This document shows positions 62,146 through 64,000 of a stretch of DNA of 64,000 nt, piece after piece. The notes beneath the pieces are model-generated. The model was given only the letters and a program-made list of their open reading frames with translations, was not told the origin of the DNA and did not search any database. The DNA comes from an uncultured Pseudanabaenaceae cyanobacterium (GTDB lineage: Bacteria; Cyanobacteriota; Cyanobacteriia; PCC-9006; JAAUQQ01), in NCBI GenBank assembly GCA_938002085.1, contig CALLAT010000074.1:21173-85172 (forward strand), given 5' to 3'. Position numbers and translations under genes: made by a program. The first letter of the stretch is position 1; the number at the start of each line of letters is the position of its first letter.

Positions 62146-63024
62146 TTAAGGCTTTTGTACAGCAGAATCAGTCGATGCCAAATCCTTTGACCCAGAGCGC
62201 ACCGGAATCTCAACCTCCACAGCAAAGGGCTGCTGTTGCCCCTGCCAAGCTAACGTTCCGGTGAGCTGATATGGGCCAGGTTGAAATGGGTCGAGGCCCT
62301 CTAGGGAAAGCGGAATAAAGCGCTCATTTCCCGCCAACACCGTCATGGACTGCACCTCTCCAGCGGCAACTTCCGCTCCGGAACGGCTCAACTGCCACTG
62401 GCCCACTGGACGCGCCATGGCTCCGCCATCGTTTTGCACCTGCAACTGAAGCTGCTGCTTCTCTAAATTCCAACTTGCCGAGGCCACATCTAGCGCCGCC
62501 GCTGCATCACCGTTCTGCACATACAGCGTTGCCCCCACCCGCGTAATGATCCCCACGCCCTGCTGACCACTCGCCGTCGCCTGCAACGGCTCAGCAAACA
62601 GCACCGCCCGATACTCTGCCTCAGGCAAATCCGGTGCAAACCTCACCACATAACGCACTCGGCGACGCTGCCCCGGAGCCAGCACCAGCTCGCGGGGGGC
62701 AAATTGCAAATAGGGCACCAAATTGGCAGCATCCTCAACTTCCGCTGCCTCAGGCTCAATCGTGACCAAGCCCCCCTCAGGGGCATAGGTAAAGGGCTCG
62801 GCATAGAGGCGCACGCGCTGCTCCTCGCTGCCACCATTAATCAAATTAATAAATCCACTGGACTGACCACGCTGGGCTGACTCCTGCAAAATCAGCGGCG
62901 ATAGGCCCACCTGGGCGTTACTCGGCTTAGACGAAGCCAGCATAGCCACCCCAGCCGCGCAAACAGCGAAAGCGGACATCGTACTAAGTCGAAGAGAACG
63001 CCTAAGGAATGGGGTCGCAGCCAT
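62146..63024 (-). CDS. Putative periplasmic PapD-like pilus chaperone (divergent)
   Basis: 292-aa ORF with ATG at 63024 and a signal peptide (MSAFAVCAAGVAMLASSKPSNA). Two-domain beta pattern: VGLSPLILQE...GFINLINGGSEEQRVRLYAEP...LQFAPRELVLAPGQRRRVRYVVRFAPDLPEAEYRAVLFAEPL...ITRVGATLYVQ, then LQLQVQNDGGAMARPVGQWQL. Confidence 0.55.
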   Translation of the reverse strand: MAATPFLRRSLRLSTMSAFAVCAAGVAMLASSKPSNAQVGLSPLILQESAQRGQSSGFINLINGGSEEQRVRLYAEPFTYAPEGGLVTIEPEAAEVEDAANLVPYLQFAPRELVLAPGQRRRVRYVVRFAPDLPEAEYRAVLFAEPLQATASGQQGVGIITRVGATLYVQNGDAAAALDVASASWNLEKQQLQLQVQNDGGAMARPVGQWQLSRSGAEVAAGEVQSMTVLAGNERFIPLSLEGLDPFQPGPYQLTGTLAWQGQQQPFAVEVEIPVRSGSKDLASTDSAVQKP

Positions 63025-63267
63025 GGCAGCTTGAAGAGGTTAAGGGCAAAGACGATAGGCAAGGCTAGAGCAGCCTATATATGGTCATACCTAGCATTCC
63101 CATCTCCGTAGAATAATCAGCGCTTTGACTCAGCCTTTCTACAGTTCCCGAGCCATAAAAAATACGGAAAGGTCCCCCATCGGACCTCCCCGCATATACC
63201 GTCAATTTCATCACTGGGCACAACCGCTGCCCATGCAAACAATCAGTTGTGGGCAGTGATGAAACTC

Positions 63268-63296
63268 GCAAGCTTCCGAACCAATAGGAAGCTTGC
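63268..63296 (-). terminator. Perfect 10-bp stem-loop just downstream of the subunit gene (candidate attenuator/partial terminator)
   Basis: gcaagcttcc (63268-63277), loop gaaccaata, ggaagcttgc (63287-63296). It lies 28 nt after the subunit stop (63324) and upstream of the chaperone start (63024). Confidence 0.45.
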
Positions 63297-63323
63297 TAAA
63301 TTCCCTCAAACAACCTCTAAGCC

Positions 63324-63839
63324 TTAGTTAGGAACAATGCTTAGATCGACAGTAAAGTCATAGAAGCCAGCGGGCAGAGGACCACCTGGAGAAAACACAT
63401 CCAAAGCAACATTTGTCTGATCAAAGATTTGGCCATTAGCCAAGCCAGTAGAACCAAAACCGTTGCAAGGACCGTTGGCAGGGAATGAGCCAAATGTATT
63501 GCTGGTCATCTCAACAAAGCACTCAAGACCATTGAGACCGACAGGGTTAGAACCTGCAGCAGAAACTCCTTCAAAACGCAGTTCCACAGGGGAATTACAA
63601 GAGATGGCGCTCACAACAGCACTACTTCCGCCACCACCAGGAAAGTTGGGATTGGAGGATAGCGCGAAACCATCGGAAGCCAACACACCAGGAGTTACAG
63701 TAGCTTGATCACAGTTAGTATCGATGGAACCAGAGAAGTCCACAGGTACGGGAACAGGCTGGGCAGAAGAAGGCAATTGACAAAGAGCAGCACCGCTTAG
63801 AGCGAATGCAGCAACGGCTAACACACGAGAAAAACGCAT
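63324..63839 (-). CDS. Putative secreted fimbrial/SCPU-like fibre subunit
   Basis: The ORF track gives 63324..63866 (TTG). The ATG at 63839 gives MRFSRVLAVAAFALSGAALCQLPSSAQP (signal peptide). The ~145-aa Gly/Ser/Asn-rich mature part has 4 Cys. The C-terminal strand PLPAGFYDFTVDLSIVPN resembles the aGxYxxtvtvtv ending of pilin and spore-coat-U subunits. Confidence 0.45.
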   Translation of the reverse strand: MRFSRVLAVAAFALSGAALCQLPSSAQPVPVPVDFSGSIDTNCDQATVTPGVLASDGFALSSNPNFPGGGGSSAVVSAISCNSPVELRFEGVSAAGSNPVGLNGLECFVEMTSNTFGSFPANGPCNGFGSTGLANGQIFDQTNVALDVFSPGGPLPAGFYDFTVDLSIVPN

Positions 63840-64000
63840 AGAGAAAAGTCTTGGGAAGACTGGCAAAGAAAAATTAGAGATGGACTCCGTAACACCGGGA
63901 AAGATGCCGCAGAGATGCCCATGTCTCTAGATCTAGATTGCCCACCCTACTTACGCCATTTCTCCGAGGGGATACGGAATCTAATTATCACTGAGGTCCG

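Noticed and set aside
63065-63271. 68-aa ORF in the gap between the putative subunit and chaperone genes.
   Set aside because: It is a short, Cys/Arg/Gly-rich translation that overlaps the hairpin structures. A fourth (adhesin/minor subunit) gene would be expected to be larger and to have a signal peptide.
1-64000. Search for tRNA, rRNA, CRISPR arrays, transposases, integrases and phage structural genes.
   Set aside because: I found no T-loop/acceptor-type tRNA signatures, no repeat-spacer arrays and no DDE or tyrosine-recombinase motifs in any long ORF. The only mobile-element-like sequences are the small non-coding repeats reported above.

Overview
All domain and family calls below come from reading the translations and recalling motifs. 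No BLAST, HMM, folding or GC software was run, so treat family names as hypotheses.

This looks like a cyanobacterial chromosome segment. The HIP1 octamer GCGATCGC is very dense, and the gene content fits (heme oxygenase, a phytochrome/CBCR-type kinase, PEP carboxylase, LrgAB). I support about 45 protein-coding genes. I saw no rRNA, tRNA, CRISPR array, transposase or prophage.

Housekeeping genes (ppc, trpS, metF, ribD, dtd, arfB, ho1) are interspersed with cell-surface and signalling modules.

Main leads:
1. 59.4-63.9 kb: a three-gene minus-strand operon that reads as a divergent chaperone-usher fibre system. It has a secreted pilin-like subunit, a hairpin, a PapD-like chaperone, and a FimD/PapC-like usher with NTD, plug and CTD signatures.
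2. 57.3-59.2 kb: an Mrr/PD-(D/E)xK-like nuclease domain fused to a ~380-aa Arg/Gly-rich disordered tail with GRD and KFGG repeats.
3. 2.6-7.4 kb: a 1586-aa hybrid kinase. Its N-terminus is a knotless GAF-PHY phytochrome (bilin Cys-His, WAG/PRxSF tongue), followed by two more Cys-bearing GAF domains.
4. 27.6-38.4 kb: a polysaccharide locus mixing Wzx/Wzy/Wzc genes with a processive-type GT2 (QRKRW), a NodB deacetylase and a divergent GH9. It contains an AT-rich wzy-like gene and a ~700-bp AT-rich control region.
5. An unrecognised ~80-90-aa module repeated four times in a 1074-aa membrane protein whose C-terminus looks SGNH/DUF1574-like. The same module occurs once in another orphan protein 17 kb away.
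6. Two families of small structured intergenic repeats, one showing a compensatory base-pair change between copies.
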